Shown here in pieces: positions 55,839 to 64,000 of a stretch of DNA of 64,000 nucleotides. Source of the DNA: an uncultured Acidobacteriota bacterium (GTDB taxonomy: Bacteria; Acidobacteriota; Vicinamibacteria; Vicinamibacterales; CAVVIG01); assembly GCA_963773035.1 (NCBI GenBank), contig CAVYZX010000004.1, positions 210,135-274,134 on the forward strand, written 5' to 3'. Position 1 is the stretch's first letter; every line of letters begins with the position of its first letter. The translations under genes and the position numbers were made by a program. The notes below the pieces were generated by a model. The model saw only the letters and a program-made list of their open reading frames with translations. It made no database searches and was not told the origin of the DNA.

Positions 55839-57221
55839 CTATGAGTCCTGGCCCGGCCGATACGCGACGCGCGCAACTTCGGAGATCGGCGTCGGCGCAA
55901 CGGTGGCGCGGATTTGCGCCTGCGCGTGCCGTTCGACCGTCGGCTTCGACGATCCGCGCTTTTCCTCGCCCCAGACCAGCGTCACCTCGGAGCCGACTGC
56001 ACTCTTGTCGGCATCGAGAATCGCCAGCGAAACCATCGCGCGTTCGTTGTAGGTGTAGCCCGTGTACGTCGAGATCCCGATGGGCTTCCCGTCTTTCAGG
56101 ACCTTGTCGTACGGCAACGTCGAATAGTTCGCCAACGGCAGATCGATGTACTTGGCGATGTCTCCGCCGCCATGGAAGAGCGAGCCCATGACGCGGGCCA
56201 CGTCTTCGCCGTTCCACACCAGCGTCACCTTCTTGCGCTTTGGGTTCTCTGCCATCTTTTCGACGGCCTTTCGTCCGACGAAGTCGTGGTCGAACTTCAC
56301 GAACGGCCCGTATCCGAGGTCGTACGGCGTGAGGTAATAGTCGGTGATGTTGTCCGAGTAGTAGCTGCCGCCAAGCGACGCCATGGCTTCGTAGCTCTTT
56401 CCCGTCAACCACTGCCGGTATCCCTTCATCGCGTCGCCAACATATACGGCAGGGAGCGGCGAGGGAATCCAACCCGACTCGAGGCAGGTCGTCGGATACG
56501 CACGCGAGCCTACCTGACGCATGCCGTGCTCCTGGCCGGCCTGGAGAATGGCGTCTCGAACTGCGTCGCCATGTTCCCAGGGACCGAAGATTTCCCATCC
56601 CGATTGCCCGACCATCCCGTGACGCAGCGCGCGGATGTCTTTTCCGGCAATCTTGAAATTGTCCATATAGAAGAATCGGATGTTCGGCACCGGCCGGCCC
56701 GTGACCTTCTCCATGACCTGCACAGCCTTGGGACCCTGAACCTGATACCGAAAGACTTTCCGGTGGCCTTGGTTCACGAACGATCGCTCGTCCCGTTCCG
56801 CCTTGGCGTTGTACTTGCCGGTTTCCACGTTGTATTGCACCCAGTTGTGAGCCGGCGGACGTCCGACGAGGTTGAACTTGTTTTCGCCGAGCGGAAACAG
56901 AATCGCGTCGCCGATCACGTATCCATCCGGGTTGCAGGCCACGAACTGCTTGGCCTGATCGACCCTGAAATCCTTGAAACTGTTGACGCCGAGATCGGAA
57001 AATACTTTCAACGCATCCGGGCCTTCGACGTAGAGGTCGGTCATGTGGTGCGACAGGTCCAGCAGCGCGCAACTCTCGCGCCACGCGCGTTGCTCGTCCC
57101 GCCAGTTCGTGAACTCGGAACGCACGACGGGAAAGGCGTAGGGACCGATCGACGAATTTCTCAGCAGTTCGACTGGACTCTTGACGCTCTGTAGTGCTTC
57201 CTCCAGGCTGCGGTAACTCAT
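55839..57221 (-). CDS. aminomethyltransferase (GcvT) family protein, LigM-like THF-dependent aryl O-demethylase
   Basis: 460 aa. LRNSSIGPYAFPVV, SGWIPSPLPAVY, GYGPFVKFDHDFVGR and KKVTLVWNGEDV closely resemble LigM/DesA as I recall them. Confidence 0.8.
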   Translation of the reverse strand: MSYRSLEEALQSVKSPVELLRNSSIGPYAFPVVRSEFTNWRDEQRAWRESCALLDLSHHMTDLYVEGPDALKVFSDLGVNSFKDFRVDQAKQFVACNPDGYVIGDAILFPLGENKFNLVGRPPAHNWVQYNVETGKYNAKAERDERSFVNQGHRKVFRYQVQGPKAVQVMEKVTGRPVPNIRFFYMDNFKIAGKDIRALRHGMVGQSGWEIFGPWEHGDAVRDAILQAGQEHGMRQVGSRAYPTTCLESGWIPSPLPAVYVGDAMKGYRQWLTGKSYEAMASLGGSYYSDNITDYYLTPYDLGYGPFVKFDHDFVGRKAVEKMAENPKRKKVTLVWNGEDVARVMGSLFHGGGDIAKYIDLPLANYSTLPYDKVLKDGKPIGISTYTGYTYNERAMVSLAILDADKSAVGSEVTLVWGEEKRGSSKPTVERHAQAQIRATVAPTPISEVARVAYRPGQDS

Positions 57222-57353
57222 AGCTCCTGCTAACTCCTTCTACTTTGACAGCGGTCGTGGGACCTCACGTGACGCGAGTCGCTCCGAGAGCGGTGTAGGC
57301 ACGGAACCATCCGTGAGGTATAACTGGTCGCGTCGCTCAGGCTGAAGCATTTT

Positions 57354-58206
57354 ATGCGGCTTTGCCGATTTGACGATAATCGCCTCGGCCTCGTGAACGG
57401 CACAACCGTTCGCGACGTCAGCGCCGCGCTCGATGTACTGCCGGCCTTTCGGTATCCGCTGCCGGCAGGAGATGTTCTCATCTCCAATCTTGAGCAGCTG
57501 ACCCGGGAAATCCGATCCGTTGCCGGGCGATCGGCGTCGGTACCACTGAAGGGATTGACGCTGCTCAGCCCGGTTGCCAATCCCGGCAAGCTGATCGGCG
57601 CGCCGGTCAACTATCAGAAGCACCTCGATGAAGTGCGACAAAACCCTCAACTCCACCACGGCAACGACATTCCAGTGATTCAGAAGGCCGGCGTTTTCCT
57701 CAAAGCCACCAGCTCACTGGTGGGCCCGGGCGAAGGCATCGTCTTGCGCAAGCTCGATCGCCGGAACGACCATGAAGTGGAGCTGGCCTTCGTGATCGGC
57801 AAGCCGGCCAGCAACGTCTCACGGCGCAGACGCGCTCGACTACGTCGCCGGCTACAGCATCGGCCTCGACATCACGATTCGTGGGCCGGAAGAACGCAGC
57901 CTGCGGAAATCGTCGGACAGCTACACCGTTCTGGGCCCCTGGCTCGTAACGCCTGACGAACTTCCCGACCCTGGCGCACTCGATCTCCGCGTCTCGGTCA
58001 ACGGCGAGCTCCGGCAGCAGTCCAACACCAGTGACTTGATTCTCGGCGTGCCCGAATTGATCGAGTACGCATCCTCGTTTTATACGCTCTACCCTGGCGA
58101 TGTCGTCCTCAGCGGCACACCGGAAGGCGTCGGCCCAATCAAGCCCGGGGACGTCATCGTCGCCTCGATCGAGGCCATAGGCACGATGGAAGTGAAGGTT
58201 CGGTAA
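57354..58206 (+). pseudogene. fumarylacetoacetate hydrolase (FAH) family protein, one +1 frameshift
   Basis: Frame 0 gives MRLCRFDDNRLGLV ... VIGKPASNVS. The +1 frame, from about 57826, gives ALDYVAGYSIGLDITIRG ... YPGDVVLSGTPEGVGPIKPGD, ending at the TAA at 58204-58206. Confidence 0.75.
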
Positions 58207-58244
58207 GTCATCGATTCGAGCGAGCGGAAATCTAGGAGCGAGAA

Positions 58245-59310
58245 ATGGATCACGCAGCCTTCTATGTGAAGCCGAAGAGCTCGCCCGAGCGGGAAGAGTT
58301 CAACGCCCGACTCGGGAAGAAGAACGCCGCGCCACTTTGGAATGTCCTGGGCGCCATCGTTCCCCCCGAACCGCAACCGGCCGCGATCCCGGCGATCTGG
58401 AAATACGAGGACCTACGGCCGCTCTTGATGGAAGCCGGCCGCCTGATCACGGCCAAAGAAGCGGAGCGGCGCGTGCTGATGCTCGAAAACCCGGGGCTCC
58501 AAGGTGCCTCGCGGATCACCCAGAGCCTCTACGCAGGCCTGCAGTTGATCTTGCCTGGCGAGGTGGCGCCGAGCCATCGCCACACGGCCTCTGCCCTGCG
58601 TCTGGTCGTCGAAGGCGAAGGTGCGTACACCGCCGTCGACGGCGAGCGCGCGACGATGCGGCCCGGCGACCTCATCCTGACTCCCTCCTGGACCTTTCAC
58701 GATCACGGCAATCCCGGCCAGACACCCGTCGTATGGATGGATGGCCTCGATATTCCGATCGTCAACACGTTCGACGCGAGCTTCGCCGAGCACCACCCCA
58801 GCGAAACGCAGCCCGTCACCCGCCAGGAAGGCGACGGCCTGTCGCGTTTCGGCGAGAATCTGCTGCCGCTGGAGTTTTCAACGGATCGGAAGTCCTCGCC
58901 TTTGTTCAGGTACCCGTACGCGCGGAGCCGAGAAACGCTTGAACGCATGCACCGGAACGGTCCGCTCCATCCTTGTCATGGCGTCAAGATGCAGTTCGTC
59001 AATCCAGCCACCGGCGGTTATCCAATGCCAACGATTGGCGCTTTCCTGCAGCTGCTGCCTGCTGGCTTTCACGGCGCCCTGTCGCGGTCCACGGACGCAA
59101 CGGTCTACTACGTGATCGAAGGGCAACGGAAAGAGTCAGGTCGGCGACACCTCGTTGACGTGGCAGGAGCACGATATTTTCGTCGTGCCATCCTGGAAAC
59201 AGGTTTCACACGAGGCGCAAGGCGAAACGGTGCTATTCAGTTTCTCAGACCGGCCGGTGCAGAAGGCGCTGGGGTTCTGGAGGGAGCTGGAACAAGAAAG
59301 TGAGAAGTAG
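58245..59310 (+). pseudogene. gentisate 1,2-dioxygenase (bicupin), hidden +1 frameshift near the 3' end
   Basis: Motifs [30 protein letters not shown] and WTFHDHGN. After GGG at 59121-59123 the conserved C-terminus ([11 protein letters not shown] ... [17 protein letters not shown]) is in the +1 frame and ends at the TAG at 59308-59310. Confidence 0.75.
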
Positions 59311-59362
59311 GAGAAGGAGAGGAAGGAAGAAGGCTGCATACTTCTTCGTTCTTCCTTCTCAC
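59300..59362. terminator. purine-rich/pyrimidine-rich hairpin between convergent genes
   Basis: gtgagaag...ggaaggaagaag pairs with cttcttcgttcttccttctcac. No clear U-tract. Confidence 0.4.
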
Positions 59363-59372
59363 TTCGAACTTC

Positions 59373-60218
59373 CTATCGGTTCCAGCAGGGCGTCGGATCC
59401 CACCCCGCCGCATCGGGCAGTTTCTTGAACGTGTACGTTCTGACGAACGGCTGTGTCAGATAGGTCGGGTCCTCGACCATTGCCGTCACTGACAAGTACA
59501 GGTCGTTCTGCTCTCCGGTGAGACGGTTGACGTACTCCGTCAAGACAGCTTTTTCGCTGTGCGGCACGCCGTTCTTGCGGATATATCCCGGCAGCAGGTT
59601 TGTCGTGGTCACTTTCAAGGTTCCAGTTCTTGCCTGCGATCCTTGAACATTTCCCCCAGGGACCAGTCCAAGCCCGCCCGTGTCCAGAAGAGTTCCCCGC
59701 CGGCCCCGCCCACCCGGCAGCTGCCACTCGGCCACGGAATACCCCTGCCACGAAGGCTGCCCTTTGTCTGCGGCTGCAGGTCCGAAGTGAAGCGTCCGCG
59801 TCTGCGTTCCTGCGTCGGCATCCACTCGCAGCGTGCTGGGGTTCTCCCACGTGATGTGCAATCGACCGGGCCGCTGCATGACGCCCACGGCGCCGTATGC
59901 CTTGCATTGCTTGCCGTCCGCTTCGTCCTTTGCCGGATCCCAGGCGTTCGCCAGTTGACGGGCGTCGTTGTTCAGCGGCAGATAGAGGACGTCGCCTTTT
60001 TGCGGGCTGACGCGGAAGCGCCATTCATCGACGATGAGCGATACCCAGTACCCGGTGATGTCAATCGGAGCGGCGGCTTGCGGCGTGGGCGGCTGGGCGG
60101 CTGGACCATCACCGCGACCGCCTTGCCCTCGCTGCGGGGCGAGGCCCATTGTGGCGACCATCAGGACGACTGCCGCTGTAACGAATGCTCGCACCATGTA
60201 GCGCCCGACTTTTCTCAA
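59373..60218 (-). CDS. secreted hypothetical protein (paralog of 61414-62271)
   Basis: Signal peptide. LKVTTTNLLPGYIRKNGVPHSEKAVLTEY and EDPTYLTQP are shared with the paralog. An alternative ATG start lies at 60197. Confidence 0.7.
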   Translation of the reverse strand: MRKVGRYMVRAFVTAAVVLMVATMGLAPQRGQGGRGDGPAAQPPTPQAAAPIDITGYWVSLIVDEWRFRVSPQKGDVLYLPLNNDARQLANAWDPAKDEADGKQCKAYGAVGVMQRPGRLHITWENPSTLRVDADAGTQTRTLHFGPAAADKGQPSWQGYSVAEWQLPGGRGRRGTLLDTGGLGLVPGGNVQGSQARTGTLKVTTTNLLPGYIRKNGVPHSEKAVLTEYVNRLTGEQNDLYLSVTAMVEDPTYLTQPFVRTYTFKKLPDAAGWDPTPCWNR

Positions 60219-60220
60219 TG

Positions 60221-60258
60221 TCCTGCCCTTCCCGCCTTTCCTGCCCCTCCTGCCCTTC
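60221..60258. repeat. short C-rich copy of the 9-nt-period repeat family
   Basis: tcctgcccttcccgcctttcctgcccctcctgcccttc. Confidence 0.7.
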
Positions 60259-60272
60259 TAATCTCGCCGGCC

Positions 60273-61410
60273 CTACTTCCCGCGCTTCTGATTGGTGAGG
60301 CTCTTGTAGATCGCCTCGACGAACATGTCCGTCGTCCACGTCGGGTCGGTCCCGAAGCGACCGTCCCAGTCCTCGCTCGGTTTGGCCGCTTTGATCTGCG
60401 CGAGCGTCATCCCCTTCTTGATCATGTCCTGGACGCGATCGCGAATGATGGTGCACATGTCGCGGTAGTACGTGAGGTCCGCCAGGTCCCCGATCCGTCC
60501 ATGTCCGCCGATGAACATCGTGCCGCCCTCGGTCCTGAACTCGGCCACCGACATGTCGACGATGCGGTTCAACGCGTCCAGGACGCCCTGGATGCTGCCG
60601 CCCTTCTCGATGTCGATCGTCGGATACGCGGACATTCTGAAAATGTCGCCGGTGGCGATGATGTCGGAGTATCGAAAATGGACGAAGCTGTCGCCGTCGG
60701 TCGTGGCGGCAGGAGCGTGAAACAGCACGATCCCTTCGCCGTTGAAGAAGTGACTCAGCTTCATCTGATTGCCGAAGTAGGTGTCGGTCGGCAGCGCCTT
60801 GCTCGGAAGCTTGAGTTGTCCCATGCGGTTGAGAAGGTTTTCGTGGGCCAGAATCGCTGCGCCTTCGTCGATCCCGCCAATCTGGCCCGTGACGTTGCCG
60901 CCGGTGAACGTCTTACCGGCCGCCGCGACCTTTGCATTGCCGCCAATGTGATCCAACGCAATCGTCGTGTTGGCGATGTAGCGGATTGGCTTCGGAGGAG
61001 CGCTGCGGTAGTACGGCTCGAGGACCGTCGACGCGTTGCCCTCCGCGCCAAAACGCTCGACCGGTGCCGCCTTCAAGTCGATCCACCGCTGCAGCTCGTG
61101 GACCGACGCGATCACCCGATCGCTCGTTCGACTCCAGCCCACTGTCGACCAGAAAGAATCCATCGCGACCAGCCGAAACCACGACGTTGGCGCCTGCCCC
61201 GCCGATGACGTAGATGTGGTCGCGTACCGGGACGATCTCGAGCTCCGAACCGCCAGCACGAGGCGTCGGCGGCTGACGATCCTGGCGAGCACTCGGGCTC
61301 ACGCCAAGGACCACGAGCCCGAGAAACACAACCGCCCCTGAGGTCCGGCTGAAGCCGGACCCTACATGCGCTTTTACTTTCCACTTACTTTCCACTTTCA
61401 ACTTTTCCAC
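60273..61410 (-). pseudogene. MBL-fold protein with degenerate metal motif, one +1 frameshift
   Basis: ORF 60913-61410 gives IVPVRDHIYVIGGAGANVVVSAGRDGFFLVDSG. ORF 60273-61292 continues SDRVIASVHEL ... PIRYIANTTIALDHIGGN ... GGHG. The junction is near 61124-61140. Confidence 0.7.
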
Positions 61411-61413
61411 TTT

Positions 61414-62271
61414 TTACTTTGTTTCGTTCCGTGCTCTTTGAATTTTCCTGGCCAGCTCCGGATACATCGTCGCCGCACCGCCCATCGTCACCTCGGGCGG
61501 GAGATTGTATTTTTGGCCGTACTCTTTGAGGAATTGATTGGTCCCGGGCAGGTGATGCGGCACGACGCCCTGCGGGCGATCGACTTCTTCGACCGCCGTA
61601 CACGGATATGGAGGAATCTGCTGGTTCAACGCGAGCCGATACTCGCTGCTTCGGATCATCGGTTCGGTGAGGTAGAGCGGATCGTAGGCAATCGTGACCC
61701 ACGTCAGATAGTCGCCGCGTCGAATCCAGTACTGCGTCAGCGTCGCTCTGTCGCTCGAAGGCACGCCGTTGCGGCGGTAGTAATCCTCTTTGAGATGTGT
61801 CGTCGTGATCTTCAGGAGCTCGCCTTCGAAAACGGCGGTCGAGAAGCCACCCCACGTGTGCGGCACGAGATCCGACGACGGATGCGGACGGCCGTCCAGG
61901 TAGTACGGATTGTCGACCGATCGAAGCCACTCGGCGTGATACGCAGTGATCTGCCGGGAAACCGGATCGACTTCCTTCCAGATGCGCACCTGCGACGGCC
62001 CACGCGAGATGTACATCGCGCCGTGCGGCCGACACTGCCATTCCGGAAGCGTGTAGAGGGACGCGTCCCAGGCCTGCGCTCGCAGGCTGCCGGCGCGACT
62101 CATCGGTATGCCGAGAAACTCGCCGACGTAGGGGTTGCCGGTGTTGTCCTCGTCCTGGACTGGCGCCCATTCGCCGGAAAACTCCATTTGCGCGAACGCC
62201 GGACGAGCCATCAGGACCGTCGTCAGCAGCACGAGACCATTGGTGATGATGGCTCGCCTGATCTGACCCAT
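61414..62271 (-). CDS. secreted hypothetical protein (paralog of 59373-60218)
   Basis: The ATG at 62271 follows AGGAGG. Signal peptide MGQIRRAIITNGLVLLTTVLMARPAFAQ. Motifs LKITTTHLKEDYYRRNGVPSSDRATLTQY and YDPLYLTEP. Confidence 0.7.
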   Translation of the reverse strand: MGQIRRAIITNGLVLLTTVLMARPAFAQMEFSGEWAPVQDEDNTGNPYVGEFLGIPMSRAGSLRAQAWDASLYTLPEWQCRPHGAMYISRGPSQVRIWKEVDPVSRQITAYHAEWLRSVDNPYYLDGRPHPSSDLVPHTWGGFSTAVFEGELLKITTTHLKEDYYRRNGVPSSDRATLTQYWIRRGDYLTWVTIAYDPLYLTEPMIRSSEYRLALNQQIPPYPCTAVEEVDRPQGVVPHHLPGTNQFLKEYGQKYNLPPEVTMGGAATMYPELARKIQRARNETK

Positions 62272-62303
62272 TTGCACCCTCCTGAAGAAAAGGGACGGTC
62301 GGA

Positions 62304-62352
62304 CCGCCTCCGCCAAGGCTATGGCGGTCCGCCGTAGCTTCAGCGAAGGCGG
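62304..62352. repeat. nested-palindrome REP-like element (inverted orientation)
   Basis: ccgcctccgccaaggctatggcggtccgccgtagcttcagcgaaggcgg. Same family as the copies at 26445 and 45924. Confidence 0.6.
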
Positions 62353-62384
62353 AAGACCGTCGCGAGATTGCCTAGCGCTCTACG

Positions 62385-64000
62385 TCAGAACGCGTACTTC
62401 ACCGCCAACTGAATGATGCGCGGCGCACCTTCGGCGCCCAGTGCGGTACCTGTGATTTGACCGAACGTGGGCGAGCTTCTCACGGTGTTCGGTTGGGACC
62501 ACTGGAACCAGTTGAAGACGTTGAACGATTCGACCCGGACTTCAATGTTCTGAGCGCCCGTAAGACGCACGAGCCTCGAGACGCTGAGATCGACGTTTCG
62601 TCGCCCGAGGCCGCGGACGGCATTGCGCGCCGACGTTGCAAGCGTGCCCGCCGTCGGCTGCGCGAACGCCAAGGGATTCAGGAATATCCGAGCGCCGTTC
62701 GCCGGATTGATCGACTGGTCGCCGTACGGATCGTCGAGGATCTGGTTCGCCCGCTGCGTGCCCGCCTGACCGTTCTGCGCGATATCGAGGCCGGTCGTGA
62801 TGTTCAGCCAGGGACCCGTTGCTGCTCTGAAGCTACCGACCAGACGCCAGTCCGATGCGATGGCTCCCAGGACGCCGTTTGTCATGTGCGGTGATTGAAC
62901 GCCAGCGGTCACTGCGAAGTTATGGAGCCTGTCCACCGTGCAATTGCCGTCGTCGTAGGCGGGGTCCTCTGGCTTGTTGTAGCCGGATGAGACGTTCGTG
63001 GTCGCGCCTCCGAATCCATCGGGTGAGCCAAAGCAGTGCGACAGCGTGTAGTTCGCGGCGACGGTCGATCCGTACTTGCCCGTTCCGCGCACCGAAAGGA
63101 TCATGCCGTCGTAGCGCTGTTTACCGTCCGTCACATACAGATCGAGCGGTCCGTAGAAGCTGCCGTTCACCGAATCCGCCAGAAACAGCGGACGCCGATT
63201 GTTCAGGAGCGCAGTGCCTGGGATGGCGTTATTCAGAGGCGTGGACTCCCAGATGTTGTTCGTGCGGCTTCCGACATAACCGACGGACGTGACCCACCTC
63301 GGACCCAGTTGACGCTCCAACGTGACGTTCCACAGATCGACGTTCGTCGACACCATGTCATTGCTCAAGCTCAGGAAGGGTCCATTTCTCGAGAACGGCG
63401 CGTTCTGATCGAACGTCACAGGGAAGATGTTGGTTTGGCCGCTGCCGAGAAACGGATCGTCCAAACCACCGGGCGTATTGTTGAGCCGTACTTCCGAGCC
63501 CCAGGGCGGCGCCACCGATGTGTTCAGGTGAAATTGGGCGTTCACGAACTCGTACGACCTGCCGTAAGAGGCTCTCGCCACGGTCTGGCCGTTGCCGGCA
63601 ATGTCCCACGCGATTCCCACACGCGGCCCGAAATTGTTCCAGTCGGTTTGCATGCCGGCTTGCGATGGAAAGTCGGGATCGCCAGGGAAGTACAGCCCGG
63701 CCGGTCCATTGGGAAAGACGGTGCTCTTGATCTTCTGGTCGAAGCGTCCGCGGTCGAACTGATAGACGGCGCCATTCACGAGCTGTTGGGGAAGGAATGG
63801 CTCCCAACGCAGGCCGTAGTTCAGAGTCAAACGAGAGCCGAGACGCCACGTGTCCTGACCGTAGAGCCCGAGGTAGGTCTGCGCCATGTCGAGCGTGTTC
63901 GGTGCCGCCTGAACCAGGCCGTTCGTCCCAGCGATTCGCCCGAGCAGGAAGTCCGACAACACGAGGCCAGTCGACGTCGTGTCGATCGAAAGCTGACCGG
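62385..64000 (-). CDS. TonB-dependent receptor, C-terminal beta-barrel part (5' end outside the window)
   Basis: Ends ...RIIQLAVKYAF with a terminal aromatic residue. Alternating beta-strand pattern rich in Gly, Asn and Tyr. The ORF is open to the window edge. Confidence 0.85.
   Translation of the reverse strand, partial: GQLSIDTTSTGLVLSDFLLGRIAGTNGLVQAAPNTLDMAQTYLGLYGQDTWRLGSRLTLNYGLRWEPFLPQQLVNGAVYQFDRGRFDQKIKSTVFPNGPAGLYFPGDPDFPSQAGMQTDWNNFGPRVGIAWDIAGNGQTVARASYGRSYEFVNAQFHLNTSVAPPWGSEVRLNNTPGGLDDPFLGSGQTNIFPVTFDQNAPFSRNGPFLSLSNDMVSTNVDLWNVTLERQLGPRWVTSVGYVGSRTNNIWESTPLNNAIPGTALLNNRRPLFLADSVNGSFYGPLDLYVTDGKQRYDGMILSVRGTGKYGSTVAANYTLSHCFGSPDGFGGATTNVSSGYNKPEDPAYDDGNCTVDRLHNFAVTAGVQSPHMTNGVLGAIASDWRLVGSFRAATGPWLNITTGLDIAQNGQAGTQRANQILDDPYGDQSINPANGARIFLNPLAFAQPTAGTLATSARNAVRGLGRRNVDLSVSRLVRLTGAQNIEVRVESFNVFNWFQWSQPNTVRSSPTFGQITGTALGAEGAPRIIQLAVKYAF

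Noticed and set aside
55831-57194. 417-aa minus-strand and 426-aa plus-strand ORFs overlapping the LigM-like gene
   Set aside because: They are off-frame or antisense to a 460-aa protein with strong family similarity, and have no motifs of their own.

Overview
High-GC (roughly 63-67% by eye) bacterial chromosomal window with about 65 protein-coding genes. I found no rRNA, tRNA or CRISPR array by eye. Gene content is dominated by Tat/Sec-exported hydrolases and oxidoreductases, PQQ enzymes, a TonB-dependent receptor, transporters and aromatic-catabolism genes. Together with an unusually rich set of intergenic hairpin and low-complexity repeats, this suggests a soil heterotroph, possibly Acidobacteriota-like (inference only). 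Positions 289-26284 are almost entirely minus-strand. No canonical transcription factor is visible. Main points: (1) One IS481-family insertion (11510-12881) splits a membrane-enzyme operon. (2) A 2-oxoacid dehydrogenase operon (35326-40954) carries an M24-fold gene between E1 beta and E2 and has no E3. (3) There are two aromatic-catabolism neighbourhoods. One holds an extradiol dioxygenase, an AAHS transporter and two MetE-like proteins (41-47 kb). The other holds a LigM-like demethylase, an FAH hydrolase and a gentisate dioxygenase (55.8-59.3 kb). (4) My best candidate for an undescribed system is a TonB-dependent-receptor cluster (59373-64000). It has two paralogous secreted unknown proteins and an MBL-fold protein with a degenerate metal motif. 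(5) Several dispersed repeat families occur: 9-nt-period G3/C3 tracts, nested palindromes, hairpins whose arms are k-mer tandem repeats, and a 71-nt element upstream of two start codons. (6) At least seven single-base frameshifts occur in otherwise well-conserved genes, six in the +1 direction and mostly within 49-61 kb. This points to systematic assembly indels or a decaying region. The ORF track uses GTG/TTG starts translated as M, so several starts were refined using internal ATG/GTG codons plus Shine-Dalgarno-like sequences.
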